A stretch of 64,000 bases of DNA from the NCBI GenBank assembly GCA_903839725.1, contig CAIMDG010000002.1:305117-369116 (forward strand), read 5' to 3'. Every line of letters starts with the position of its first letter. The stretch's first letter is position 1. The DNA is from an uncultured bacterium (GTDB lineage: Bacteria > Patescibacteriota > Minisyncoccia > Phycocordibacterales > PALSA-1337). The notes under the pieces are model-generated. The model was not told the origin of the DNA, made no database searches, and was given only the letters and a program-made list of their open reading frames with translations. A program made the translations under genes and the position numbers. This document shows positions 9,491 to 19,186 of the stretch, one piece after another.

Positions 9491-10470
9491 AAGTGGTCTC
9501 GTGCACGTACACCACTTTTTTCCATTATTTCAGTCACATCAGCACTCTCTGCTTTATTGAATTGATTGGTGAGCTTCTTTTCTCGGATTGAATGAGCGTC
9601 AAATTCAAGAGTTCCAGGGGTATCATAGAATGTATCCCATTCACGTGAAAAACTTGTACCATGAGTGACGGCATTCAACGCCGCTTCTCCGATATTGGCG
9701 ATAGCTGTTGTATATGAAGCAAGAGGGGATTGTTTGAATTGTTCAGCGTGACTAGCTTCGGCAAGAAATTGACTGTACATCCTCAAACCCAAATCTTCAG
9801 GTGCAAGGTAAATAGTATTATTGACACTATTGTAGTGTTCACGATGTTTCTCTTTGCTGAGCGTTAGTAGTAGTGAATCCTCAGGTTTTTGCCATCGTAT
9901 ATAGGGACTACCACATGCCTTTTCTGTTTTCCAGAGTTCTTCATGGATATGCTTCATAAATATTGGATTTTCAATTACCCAATTTTTGACGTAATTGTAT
10001 TTGTGTCGTAACTGGGAATCTTTTGGAAGTGTGGAAATATAATATTCTATTTGTTTCGTATCCCATTGATTGATTCCTTGCGGCGATGTTATTTTCTTTT
10101 TTTCACACCATTCTGTGATGATATATCGAGCAATATACGCCTTTTCACTTTCAGTAAAAGACTCTTTGCCTGAAAGGGTATTTAAAATATGTTCCGTCTC
10201 TTTGTCGTTGTGACTCCACTTAGAATCTTCTTCAGTTTTGGAAGTTTTATCACGGAATTCATACGCATGATGCATCGCACATGCGGCAATTGTTGCGGCC
10301 ACAGCAATCTGGAGAGATTTGAATAGTTTTTTCCAGGTGGCTGGAGTAACTTCTTTTTCCTGTGTTTGTGGAGTTATATCTAGATTGATAGCCGATTCGA
10401 AATTGGCTACAGTACGTCGTTCCACTGATTGCGGTGTTTCAGGAATTGCTTCGAATGATGATTTTTCCAT
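9487..10470 (-). CDS. Hypothetical protein, possible degenerate zincin
   Basis: 327-aa ORF; HYN..NNTIYL and LAEASHAEQ...LEFDAH. Confidence 0.65.
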   Translation of the reverse strand: MEKSSFEAIPETPQSVERRTVANFESAINLDITPQTQEKEVTPATWKKLFKSLQIAVAATIAACAMHHAYEFRDKTSKTEEDSKWSHNDKETEHILNTLSGKESFTESEKAYIARYIITEWCEKKKITSPQGINQWDTKQIEYYISTLPKDSQLRHKYNYVKNWVIENPIFMKHIHEELWKTEKACGSPYIRWQKPEDSLLLTLSKEKHREHYNSVNNTIYLAPEDLGLRMYSQFLAEASHAEQFKQSPLASYTTAIANIGEAALNAVTHGTSFSREWDTFYDTPGTLEFDAHSIREKKLTNQFNKAESADVTEIMEKSGVRARDHF

Positions 10471-10502
10471 ACAAGCAATTATAGCAATATTGTGTGGTTT
10501 TG

Positions 10503-10640
10503 TTAGCTTCGAATCAATCGTACGAGTATCATAATTACTGCAATAACAATAAGGATATGAATAAACCCACCAATAGTGTATGACGTTACGATACCGAGTA
10601 ACCAGAGAACTATAAGTATGATTGCGATTGTTGTTAACAT
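10503..10640 (-). CDS. lmo0937-family (DUF5670) small membrane protein
   Basis: Not in ORF track; MLTTIAIILIVLWLLGIVTSYTIGGFIHILIVIAVIMILVRLIRS. Confidence 0.85.
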   Translation of the reverse strand: MLTTIAIILIVLWLLGIVTSYTIGGFIHILIVIAVIMILVRLIRS

Positions 10641-10663
10641 ATATGTGTATTAGTTTTTAATAA

Positions 10664-11173
10664 TTATGCAAGACGATACAATAGTTTGAGCTTTTCGAGA
10701 CCTCTGTGCACCTGCACAGCCATCGTATTTTTTGTTTGTCCGGTAATGAGGGACATTTCTCGTAGAGTGAGATCTTGAACATATCTCATCTTCATGACTT
10801 TTCGATATACTTCAGGAAGTTTTTGAATTAAAAGGATTGCAACTTTTCCATCAAGAGTATTGAATAACCTTTCTGAATCATCAACACTTGGCTCAAACCC
10901 ACTTTCGAGAAGGGTATCAAGTGATGTCATTTTATTCTTTCTTTTACGGTATTCATCTATGATGAGGTGATTGAGGAATGCCTTCATGGTATTTATTTTT
11001 CCACCTTTAACTAAATACACCCATGTCTTTATGAAAGTCTCTTGCACCATATCTTCGCCGAGCATATGGTCATCTAACTTAAAGAAGGCATGCGCATTGA
11101 GGCCTTTTTCGTAGTCGTGGTGTGCCACGGTTAGTATTGCTTGTCTTTCAGTTTTTAATTGGAGAGTGCTCAT
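10664..11173 (-). CDS. ECF sigma-70 family factor
   Basis: EDMVQETFIKTW (region 2); LP..YR.V..MRY...LTLREMS..TGQ..NT.AVQVHRG (region 4). Confidence 0.85.
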   Translation of the reverse strand: MSTLQLKTERQAILTVAHHDYEKGLNAHAFFKLDDHMLGEDMVQETFIKTWVYLVKGGKINTMKAFLNHLIIDEYRKRKNKMTSLDTLLESGFEPSVDDSERLFNTLDGKVAILLIQKLPEVYRKVMKMRYVQDLTLREMSLITGQTKNTMAVQVHRGLEKLKLLYRLA

Positions 11174-11180
11174 ATATGTC

Positions 11181-11434
11181 ACACACCTGCAGTGTTCGAC
11201 AATCTGAGTAGGTTGGTAGCAGGTGACACTATATATGTTCAAGATGTAGACGGATCATCTACTACTTTTGTTGTGCGTCATATACAAACATACGGCCAAC
11301 TAGACGTTGCTCCTGAAATTTTTTATTCAAGTGATGGTAAAGCTCACCTCAATCTCATAACATGCGGTGGTCTGTGGAATAAAGTTACCAAAAGATATCC
11401 AGATAGGATTGTGGTATTCACGGATAAGATATAA
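11181..11434 (+). pseudogene. C-terminal fragment of class F sortase
   Basis: PAVFDNL..L..GD.I.V, LNLITCGG, R.VVF; N-terminus with TM helix and catalytic His missing, no proper start. Confidence 0.75.
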
Positions 11435-11479
11435 TTTGAGCATTCGATATCTTCTCAAAAATTGATATACTCTGTATAC

Positions 11480-11914
11480 ATGAAAAATTTTCAAAGAGGA
11501 TTCGTGAGTTTATTTTTAACAGCGATAGTTGGCACCATGTTTTCGGTCGTATTGATTTCATTAGACACCGCACGCTCAAAAGGGCAGGATGCCCGGATAC
11601 GAGCAAATCTGAGTTCTTTGAGACCTTCAGCAGAGATGTATTACGACAAGAATAAGATGAATTACTCCGTGGCTCATTCGTGTGATGAAGGTATGTTCGC
11701 AAATGATACAAATTTTGTAGCGTTCATTACTGACTTAAAGACCAAGACAAAAACGAATCTTACTTGTTTTGCTGAGGCATCAACATATGCTGTTTCCGCA
11801 TCTCTGAGTACTCCAGGAGAATATGTGTGCGTAGATAGTACGGGGTTTGTAGGTGCAGGTGTAGCTACAGACGAAAATTCAAAAACTTTTTGTAAATCTA
11901 ATTTAACAAATTAA
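11480..11914 (+). CDS. Type IV pilin-like protein
   Basis: MKNFQRG|F, hydrophobic helix, SL..AR.K..DA motif, CVDSTG; Glu5 absent. Confidence 0.7.
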   Translation: MKNFQRGFVSLFLTAIVGTMFSVVLISLDTARSKGQDARIRANLSSLRPSAEMYYDKNKMNYSVAHSCDEGMFANDTNFVAFITDLKTKTKTNLTCFAEASTYAVSASLSTPGEYVCVDSTGFVGAGVATDENSKTFCKSNLTN

Positions 11915-12086
11915 ATTTTGTTTAGATTACGTTGTACACACATTGCATTCTCTGTGCATACTGTCATAATCAATACCAGTCAGAAATTATTTTTGTGCGC
12001 ACGCGCATGGTCGTCGAGGAAATAATTTTTTCTGTTTAAAAACATCTCACTATTTATATATGCAGTATGGTTTGCATATAACTCAC

Positions 12087-12179
12087 ATGAAAAAGAAAAT
12101 TGTAAAGAAGTCTCGCGTCACTAAAACAAAGAAAGCGGTAAAGAAGGTCAAGAAGGGTAAGGCGAAGAAATCTCGATAG
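12087..12179 (+). CDS. Lysine-rich 30-aa micropeptide
   Basis: MKKKIVKKSRVTKTKKAVKKVKKGKAKKSR, directly followed by a terminator. Confidence 0.6.
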   Translation: MKKKIVKKSRVTKTKKAVKKVKKGKAKKSR

Positions 12180-12182
12180 TTC

Positions 12183-12210
12183 AAAAAATCTCCCTTCGGG
12201 GAGATTTTTT
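12183..12210. terminator. Bidirectional terminator
   Basis: AAAAAATCTCCC-TTCG-GGGAGATTTTTT between convergent genes. Confidence 0.85.
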
Positions 12211-12838
12211 ATGTTCTCAGTAAGGAGTATAGTTTCAATCCACTTATACAAATCAGTTGTATTACTATGTTTACGAGTATGAGACTTAGTGCAATAAGTC
12301 CAAGTTGTATCAATATGGGTGATTGTATGAAAAATGCGAGAATCACAATGATCCATACATTCTTGATATCCTGTATGGAGGGACCAATCATTGCTCCAAT
12401 GTTGAGGAATAGTATAACTACGACCCACATCTGCCATTCCCATGGTTTCATTTGAGTAAGAAGATCGAGTGGTCCTATGTATAAGTCACTCCATTGTCCA
12501 GTAAGTGTTGCTATTGAGAAGTGATCAGCGAGAAGAACGTGGTTAATAATATACAAAAAACAGAGTCCGCCAAAAATTGGCGCTGACGATATGAGGAAAT
12601 TTCCTATAAGGGGAAGCTTTGATTTACTGTGTAATACGTGAGGTTGTGAGGAAAATACACTGAATTCCTGTATGCGTGCTCCAGTGAGAATGCAGAGAAT
12701 AGCATGAGAACATTCGTGGACAAAAGCCCCGATGTAATACATGAAGTGAGTAAACTTATAATTCAAGTAACGCCAATTCAGCCAGTTACTTATATAACCA
12801 AAACTGACAACAAGGATGATGATCAGGCCAAAACTCAT
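12209..12838 (-). CDS. M50-like membrane metallopeptidase
   Basis: HECSH (HExxH) in hydrophobic context, ISSAP, PSIQD. Confidence 0.75.
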   Translation of the reverse strand: MSFGLIIILVVSFGYISNWLNWRYLNYKFTHFMYYIGAFVHECSHAILCILTGARIQEFSVFSSQPHVLHSKSKLPLIGNFLISSAPIFGGLCFLYIINHVLLADHFSIATLTGQWSDLYIGPLDLLTQMKPWEWQMWVVVILFLNIGAMIGPSIQDIKNVWIIVILAFFIQSPILIQLGLIALSLILVNIVIQLICISGLKLYSLLRT

Positions 12839-12886
12839 GTATCAGTAGAATATCATAAAAATATGAAACTATGTTAAAATACTGCC

Positions 12887-13225
12887 ATGGGAGAACAAGC
12901 AACATTGGTACTTATAATTATCGTAACAGGTATTGTTGCGATCTCCATCGGATATCTATATCTGTCTGCGAATATTTTTGTAAGTGCTCTCAAAAAACCA
13001 ATCAGACTCGTTTCACTCGGCATGTTCCTTATTGATCTAGGAGTGCTTCTTGTTGGTGTTGTCTCATATGAGACATATGAGGGAATGGATGTATCATTCC
13101 TCAATATTTCGTTATCTCAATATTTTTATATTCTTTATGTTGCGGGTTCTGTATTTGTGATTTTAGGTGCTCGCAAATTCTCGCATCGACCAGCTCAAAA
13201 TCAGCAACTGAGTTCTCAGTCATAG
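12887..13225 (+). CDS. Hypothetical membrane protein
   Basis: 112 aa, three TM helices. Confidence 0.7.
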   Translation: MGEQATLVLIIIVTGIVAISIGYLYLSANIFVSALKKPIRLVSLGMFLIDLGVLLVGVVSYETYEGMDVSFLNISLSQYFYILYVAGSVFVILGARKFSHRPAQNQQLSSQS

Positions 13226-13226
13226 T

Positions 13227-13670
13227 ATGAACATCTCTATTATTGCTGTTGGGAAAAATCGCAACTACATAAGCGAGGAAGCAGTGCTCGAATATTCGAC
13301 TCGTCTCCAACATTACACTTCTATCGAATGGGTTTTTATTCCTGGGTCAGACACAGAAGAAGAAGGGAGGTTGATCGTAAAAGCAATTCCTGAACAATCA
13401 TACGTTGTTCTCTTGGATGAAAAAGGAAGATCATTTTCATCACCTCAATTAGCTGATTTTATTCAGAAACGTTTGAATGAAAGTGTGAAGCGTCTCGTAT
13501 TTGTTATTGGGGGAGCGCATGGGTTTGATGAGAGAGTTATCAAAAGGGCCCAGTTTAGCTGGTCACTGTCATCTCTTACATTTCCACACGAATTGGTCAG
13601 GACTATTCTTGCAGAAGCACTCTACCGTGCCTTTACCATTATTCAGGGAGAAAAATATCATCACATATAG
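13227..13670 (+). CDS. rlmH: 23S rRNA pseudouridine1915 N3-methyltransferase
   Basis: LDEKG, FVIGGAHG, SLSSLTFPHELVR..L.E.LYRA..I..G..YH. Confidence 0.95.
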   Translation: MNISIIAVGKNRNYISEEAVLEYSTRLQHYTSIEWVFIPGSDTEEEGRLIVKAIPEQSYVVLLDEKGRSFSSPQLADFIQKRLNESVKRLVFVIGGAHGFDERVIKRAQFSWSLSSLTFPHELVRTILAEALYRAFTIIQGEKYHHI

Positions 13671-13710
13671 CGTATCTCTATTAGATAGATGACCATGATA
13701 TAATATACAC

Positions 13711-14334
13711 ATGATCTCTATAAATACCCCCAATAATCTCGGAGTGAAGGTGTATCACTTCTTTCTATATCGTAGTATGTTGCCAGCACTTGTTTGTTTA
13801 TTTGCTGCTGGAGTACTTGCGGTTATGGGAAAATCCTTAAACAATTTGATTCTCGATATTCTATCTATGTTTGCGCCAGTCAATATACTGTCTCAGCAAC
13901 TCACCACAACTTTTGTTTCTAATAGTTTTTTTGCATTGATTGCTATAGCCATTATTATTGCAATGGTCGCTTTTACTAAGAGTACTTTGCAATACAGAAA
14001 TTTTTCGTTTACGCTCGAGGAATTCAATATCAAGATAAAACGAGGTGTTTTGTCGACCACTGAAATATCTGTACCGTATCGTCAACTTCAAGATGTGGTT
14101 ATTGCTCGAGATATCAACTATAAGATGTTTGGTCTTTCTCGTTTGGTTCTTAACACGTTGAAGGATGATGAGAGTGGTGACCACAAATCAAGCCAGATTG
14201 TTTTGGAACCGATTGACGCTATTCTTGCAGATGAAGCTCGTCAGATTCTTGAAAGTAAGATAGGTGTTCATGTTATTGAACGAACACGTGACATTCCTGT
14301 GCAGGGTAGCGTAAATCCGACACCTCACTTATAA
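13711..14334 (+). CDS. Bacterial PH-domain membrane protein
   Basis: Two TM helices, then IKRGVL....SVPY..LQDV...FGL. Confidence 0.8.
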   Translation: MISINTPNNLGVKVYHFFLYRSMLPALVCLFAAGVLAVMGKSLNNLILDILSMFAPVNILSQQLTTTFVSNSFFALIAIAIIIAMVAFTKSTLQYRNFSFTLEEFNIKIKRGVLSTTEISVPYRQLQDVVIARDINYKMFGLSRLVLNTLKDDESGDHKSSQIVLEPIDAILADEARQILESKIGVHVIERTRDIPVQGSVNPTPHL

Positions 14335-14344
14335 TAGGCACACT

Positions 14345-14995
14345 ATGAATATAAAAAGAATCATATTTTGGATAGCATTTATCGTTGTACTTGGACTTAT
14401 TGTATGGGGACTTATTGTGGCTATGAATAAGCCAGTTACCAAGCAACCCCGATTGGGCACACCTGCAGAGGTTGTTGCTACAGACCATGTCCGTGGTCCT
14501 GTAAATGCACCTGTTACCCTCATTGAGTATAGTGATTTTCAATGTCCTGCATGTAAGGCATATTACACAGTGGTTGAACAATTGTTTGCTTCCTCTACAA
14601 ATCTCCGTGTTGTGTATCGTAATTTTCCTCTCTATCCACTACCACACCCAAATTCAGTAATTGCTGCACAGGCTGCTGAGGCAGCTGGTAATCAAGGTAA
14701 GTTCTGGGAAATGCATGATCTCCTTTTCTCAAATCAGCTCACTTGGGCAGAACTTTCAAAAGAGAAGGCAATTGACACGTTCAAGGAGTATGCCACAACC
14801 TTGAAATTGGATATTTCAAAATACAATACTGATTTCAACAGTCTTGTAGTAAAAGCCAAGATAGAAGCAAGTCGCACAGAAGGAGAGAGTCTCGGTATCG
14901 GTGGAACGCCAACATTCTTCGTGAACGGTACAGCAATCGTTAGCCCCCAAGGATATGAACCATTTAAAAAAATTATTGACGAGGCCGCTCGCTAA
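14345..14995 (+). CDS. DsbA-family thiol-disulfide oxidoreductase
   Basis: EYSDFQCPAC, RNFPL, GTPTFFVNG, N-terminal TM helix. Confidence 0.92.
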   Translation: MNIKRIIFWIAFIVVLGLIVWGLIVAMNKPVTKQPRLGTPAEVVATDHVRGPVNAPVTLIEYSDFQCPACKAYYTVVEQLFASSTNLRVVYRNFPLYPLPHPNSVIAAQAAEAAGNQGKFWEMHDLLFSNQLTWAELSKEKAIDTFKEYATTLKLDISKYNTDFNSLVVKAKIEASRTEGESLGIGGTPTFFVNGTAIVSPQGYEPFKKIIDEAAR

Positions 14996-15440
14996 TGTCT
15001 CTACGGGCCTAGTGATAGCCGCACTGGTTGTTGCGCTACTCGGTTTTGCTGATGCCACATACCTAACAGTGGAACACTATCAGGGAGTAATACCTCCATG
15101 TACAACTGGAGGATGTGAAATTGTACTTACAAGTGCATTTTCTACAGTCATGGGTATTCCTGTTGCACTACTCGGCTCAATTTACTACCTTTTGATTTGT
15201 ATTGGTTTATTCGCGTATCTTGATACGAGGAAAACTGCAATATTGAGAACAACGATGTTTCTTCCTTGTCTCGGATTCATTGGTTCTCTCTGGTTCATAT
15301 ATCTTCAGGCATTTGTGATCAAGTCGTACTGTCAGTATTGTCTCGTGTCAGCGGGAATATCCACGCTCCTTACCATTGTTACCGTATTTATCATGATTAG
15401 ATATCATGATCGTCCAACATCATTCAATGAAAACATCTAA
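14955..15440 (+). CDS. Vitamin K epoxide reductase family protein
   Basis: C....C..V..S, GIP....G, CQYC; coupled to dsbA. Confidence 0.92.
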   Translation: MNHLKKLLTRPLANVSTGLVIAALVVALLGFADATYLTVEHYQGVIPPCTTGGCEIVLTSAFSTVMGIPVALLGSIYYLLICIGLFAYLDTRKTAILRTTMFLPCLGFIGSLWFIYLQAFVIKSYCQYCLVSAGISTLLTIVTVFIMIRYHDRPTSFNENI

Positions 15441-16335
15441 TATTCAGATTACACAATCAAGTGAAGGCTATGAACTCATCGACTCTGGTGATGGTGAAAA
15501 ACTCGAGCGTTTTGGTGCAGTTGTACTTTCTCGACCAGATCCTCAGGCTTTATGGAAAAAAATGTTGCCTGAGAGTGAATGGAAAAAAGCACATGGTCAT
15601 TTTGGGAGAAGTGGTACACCTCTTCCAGGGAATGAAGAGCGGGGGAGTTGGACACTGAAGACCGATGTTCCAGCAAAATGGGAGATACCTTTTGGTGGGT
15701 TGAAACTATGGATCAAACCAACTGCATTCAAGCATACGGGTCTTTTTCCTGAGCAATCCAAGAATTGGGAGTGGATGGAGGGTAAAATTAAATCTCAAAA
15801 ATTACATCTTAAAAATGATGACATCGAAGTCCTCAACCTTTTTGGCTATACCGGTGGAGCATCACTCGCATGTGCGCAAGCTGGTGCGAAGGTTGTTCAT
15901 ATAGACAGTTCGAAAGCTGCCGTAAATTGGGCACGTGAAAATGCCGAGGCTTCAGGACTCAAGGATTTACCAATTCGTTGGATTATAGAAGATGCACGAT
16001 TGTTTGTTGAACGTGAAATAAAGCGAGGAAGGAAATATGATGCCATTCTCATGGATCCCCCAGCATTTGGTCATGGTCCAACTGCAGAATTGTGGAAAAT
16101 TGAAAATAACTTTTTGGAACTTATTGAAAATTGTATGAAATTGCTCAAAGATGCACCAGTATTCTTTTTGATCAATGGATATTCTGCCGGATATTCAGCA
16201 ATTGCGTATGAAAATAATTTACTTGAATTGAAAGAGAAGTATGGAGGTAGTATTGAAATAGGGGAGTTGGCTATCGAAGAAACCAAGAATAAGCGTTTGT
16301 TACCATCTGGTATTTTTGCAAGGTGGTCAGCTTAA
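15427..16335 (+). CDS. RlmI/RlmK-like SAM-dependent methyltransferase
   Basis: YELIDSGDGEKLERFG, HTGLFPEQ, LNLFGYTG, DPPAF. Confidence 0.9.
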   Translation: MKTSNIQITQSSEGYELIDSGDGEKLERFGAVVLSRPDPQALWKKMLPESEWKKAHGHFGRSGTPLPGNEERGSWTLKTDVPAKWEIPFGGLKLWIKPTAFKHTGLFPEQSKNWEWMEGKIKSQKLHLKNDDIEVLNLFGYTGGASLACAQAGAKVVHIDSSKAAVNWARENAEASGLKDLPIRWIIEDARLFVEREIKRGRKYDAILMDPPAFGHGPTAELWKIENNFLELIENCMKLLKDAPVFFLINGYSAGYSAIAYENNLLELKEKYGGSIEIGELAIEETKNKRLLPSGIFARWSA

Positions 16336-16351
16336 ATGCTATGCTCATCGT

Positions 16352-17188
16352 ATGTCAGCTACCCTTATAGACGGCCGAATTGTACGAGATATACGGATTG
16401 CAAACCTGAAAGAGCGTTTGGCGACATTGTCGTATATACCTACACTTGCGATTATTCAAGTTGGAGATAGGCCTGACTCAACAGCTTTTATTCGTGCCAA
16501 AAAGGCATTTGCGCTCAAGATTGGTTTCAAGGAAAATCACATTAAGGTTGATGAGGGTATTTCAGAGAAAGAGCTTATTGATATTGTGAAGAGTTGTAAT
16601 ATTGACCCTGCTATCCACGGCATCATTGTGCAACTACCATTACCATTGCACATAGAACGAGATGCAATCATTGACGCCATCGATCCGCGCAAAGATGCTG
16701 ATGGACTTACTGCTATCAATACCAAGCGTTGGCTTGAAGGTAGGGAAGATGCTGTTATGCCTGCAACAGCTCGAGGTATTAGAGAATTATTTCGCTATTA
16801 CAATATCGATTTGTTCGGTAAGCCGGTAACGGTCGTTGGTAGATCGATGCTCGTAGGTAAACCTATTGCTGCAATGTGCTTGAATGAGAATGCGACCGTA
16901 ACTGTCTGTCACAGTAAAACTCCACATTTGGTAGAAGAAACAACAAAAGCTGATATTTTGATTGTTGCTACAGGTAGGCCCGGACTCATTCAGGCCAAAC
17001 ACGTAAAGAGAGGTGCAGTTGTTATAGACGTAGGTATTACTCGTACAGCTGAGAATATATTGACAGGGGATGTTGATTTTGATTCTGTAAAAGATGTTGC
17101 TGGTGCGATATCTCCAGTACCTGGAGGTGTTGGACCGATGACTGTGTGTGCATTGTTTGAGAATCTTATTGATTTGTGTAAGCAATAA
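16352..17188 (+). CDS. folD: Methylenetetrahydrofolate dehydrogenase/cyclohydrolase
   Basis: GIIVQLPLP, KDADG, GRS.LVGKP, DVGI, PVPGGVGPMT. Confidence 0.95.
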   Translation: MSATLIDGRIVRDIRIANLKERLATLSYIPTLAIIQVGDRPDSTAFIRAKKAFALKIGFKENHIKVDEGISEKELIDIVKSCNIDPAIHGIIVQLPLPLHIERDAIIDAIDPRKDADGLTAINTKRWLEGREDAVMPATARGIRELFRYYNIDLFGKPVTVVGRSMLVGKPIAAMCLNENATVTVCHSKTPHLVEETTKADILIVATGRPGLIQAKHVKRGAVVIDVGITRTAENILTGDVDFDSVKDVAGAISPVPGGVGPMTVCALFENLIDLCKQ

Positions 17189-17196
17189 TTTATTGT

Positions 17197-17499
17197 ATGA
17201 AGAATATAGAACAACAGCCATTTGATCCTATTGCACATGACAATGAGGTTCGTGCACAATTTGAGGAATACAACAAAAAAGAGCAGGAAAAATTAGCAAA
17301 GATTCAACGCATGTTTGCACTTGCAAGAGATGTCGGTTCGGACATGGCGGTAGTCGAGCAATTAAGAGAAATGCGATTTGAAACATGGCAAGATGCTCTT
17401 GATTTCAAGGCATTCTGTGAAGAGAATGATCTTCCTGTGAAACTTGTTGAACCACCTACGTGGGATAAGGATCAAATATACAGAGTATTTCCTGTATAA
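17197..17499 (+). CDS. Hypothetical protein
   Basis: 100-aa ORF packed behind folD. Confidence 0.65.
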   Translation: MKNIEQQPFDPIAHDNEVRAQFEEYNKKEQEKLAKIQRMFALARDVGSDMAVVEQLREMRFETWQDALDFKAFCEENDLPVKLVEPPTWDKDQIYRVFPV

Positions 17500-17555
17500 G
17501 TGTAATGTTTATCTGGTATACTTGAAGTGTTACTAATTAGTAATCTATTTTTATT

Positions 17556-18344
17556 ATGAATCAAAAAATTTGGAACATAGGTGCAGGAGTGGGAATACTC
17601 ATCATTGTGTTCCTTGCAATTATCTCTATCAAGGAAATAAAATCTATCGCATATGTTGGAAAGAGTGAACAAATCATAAACACTATTACTGTTTCAGGTA
17701 AGGCTGAGACAACCAAGAAGCCCAATATTGCAACATTCTCTTTCACGGTTACTGAAAATGCAAAAACAGTCACTGAGGCTCAAAGTAGTTCTGCAAAGAA
17801 AGTTGATGCTGCATTAAAAATGCTAAGTACATCAGGTATTGCCCAGAAAGATATAAAGACACTCTCATACAACATAAGTCCACATTATGAGTATCAGGCA
17901 GGTCTATGTTCAGGTCGCCCAAGTGTTTGTCGTCCAGGAAAGTCTGTATTGACTGGATATGATGTCAGTCAGTCAGTTCAGGTCAAGGTTCGTGATTTGA
18001 CCAAAGCAGGTACAATCTTTGGTTCTATTGGTGCACTTGGTATTCAGGACGTGAATAATCTCAGTTTCTCAATCGACAATATTGATGGAATTAAGGATCA
18101 GATTCGTGCGCAGGCCATCGTTGATGCCAAGGGCAATGCTGAGGTTCTCGCAAAACAACTCGGAGTCACTTTGGTACGTGTGAATAGTTTTTATGATTCG
18201 AGCGATCAGGGAAGCCCTATCGCATATGGTATGGGTGGTGGAGATATGATGAGTACAAAAGTTGCGTCTGTTGTGGCCCCATCTATTCCAGCAGGGGAGA
18301 ATAAGATAGTAAGTACGGTGAATATCACATACGAGATCAAGTAA
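17556..18344 (+). CDS. SIMPL (DUF541) domain protein
   Basis: TITVSG......P..A, A..DAK..A..LA..LGV.L, V..TYEI. Confidence 0.9.
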   Translation: MNQKIWNIGAGVGILIIVFLAIISIKEIKSIAYVGKSEQIINTITVSGKAETTKKPNIATFSFTVTENAKTVTEAQSSSAKKVDAALKMLSTSGIAQKDIKTLSYNISPHYEYQAGLCSGRPSVCRPGKSVLTGYDVSQSVQVKVRDLTKAGTIFGSIGALGIQDVNNLSFSIDNIDGIKDQIRAQAIVDAKGNAEVLAKQLGVTLVRVNSFYDSSDQGSPIAYGMGGGDMMSTKVASVVAPSIPAGENKIVSTVNITYEIK

Positions 18345-18358
18345 ATATATAGAAAGAG

Positions 18359-18390
18359 AAACAAAAAACCGCTGTATGCGGTTTTTTGTT
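18359..18390 (+). terminator. Intrinsic terminator
   Basis: AACAAAAAACCGC-TGTAT-GCGGTTTTTTGTT. Confidence 0.8.
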
Positions 18391-18500
18391 ATTGAGCTAA
18401 CGTATAACTTACGTAAGTTGGAACATGATATTGCAATGTTACGAGCAACATAAAAACCCGATCTCATACGAGAGTCGGGCTGTCCGCAGGGTAGTGCAGG

Positions 18501-19079
18501 CTAACGAGTTGCTGGACGCAAGAAAAATCTTTCGATTTCAAGATCAGCTTTGACGTTCGCTCGATAATTTTCCATCGTAGTGGCTCGAGAACCTGCTGAT
18601 TTCGAAAGAAAAGCATTACGGGAATCGTGGTAGGCCTTCAAGAATGCCTCATCTGAAAACCACGGGTAATACTTTGTCAAAACCTGAGCAGCATTGTAGC
18701 CACGTCGGGTTAGAAAGATTCGTGCATTCATGAGGATTTGTTTCCGCAAAAACTGGCCGGTTTGGTCATTGGGCACTTTAACAATAAGCTTGTGGTCAGT
18801 TTCCTCCTCCGCCACCTCATAGTTGACCTTACCGTATACCATTTTTGAGTGCCGAACAAAGATGGCTTGTAGTCTTTTGTCGTCTGAAAAAATTTTACGT
18901 TGTTTCTTCGTGAGGATGCCGACGAGAAAAAATATACGCGCAACACAGTCAACAGTTGTCCATGTGCCAAAATCAATTTCCTCTACTTGTTCATCCGTGA
19001 CCTTTGACCGAAAAAATATGCTCAGAATAAAAAGGTCAAAAAACACATCTGGTGTAATTGCCATTCCTTTGGGTAACAT
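18501..19079 (-). CDS. Hypothetical protein (orphan)
   Basis: 192 aa, AAAGGA SD, TTGACA at 19174-19169, own hairpin terminator at 18452-18481. Confidence 0.7.
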   Translation of the reverse strand: MLPKGMAITPDVFFDLFILSIFFRSKVTDEQVEEIDFGTWTTVDCVARIFFLVGILTKKQRKIFSDDKRLQAIFVRHSKMVYGKVNYEVAEEETDHKLIVKVPNDQTGQFLRKQILMNARIFLTRRGYNAAQVLTKYYPWFSDEAFLKAYHDSRNAFLSKSAGSRATTMENYRANVKADLEIERFFLRPATR

Positions 19080-19186
19080 TGTTCCTTTCCTGAAATTCTT
19101 TTTCTTGCGTTATTGCAAGTTTACAAAGAATCTAAAATTTAGAATAAAATAACACCATAATATAAAAATGTCAAGTTGATGATGTG

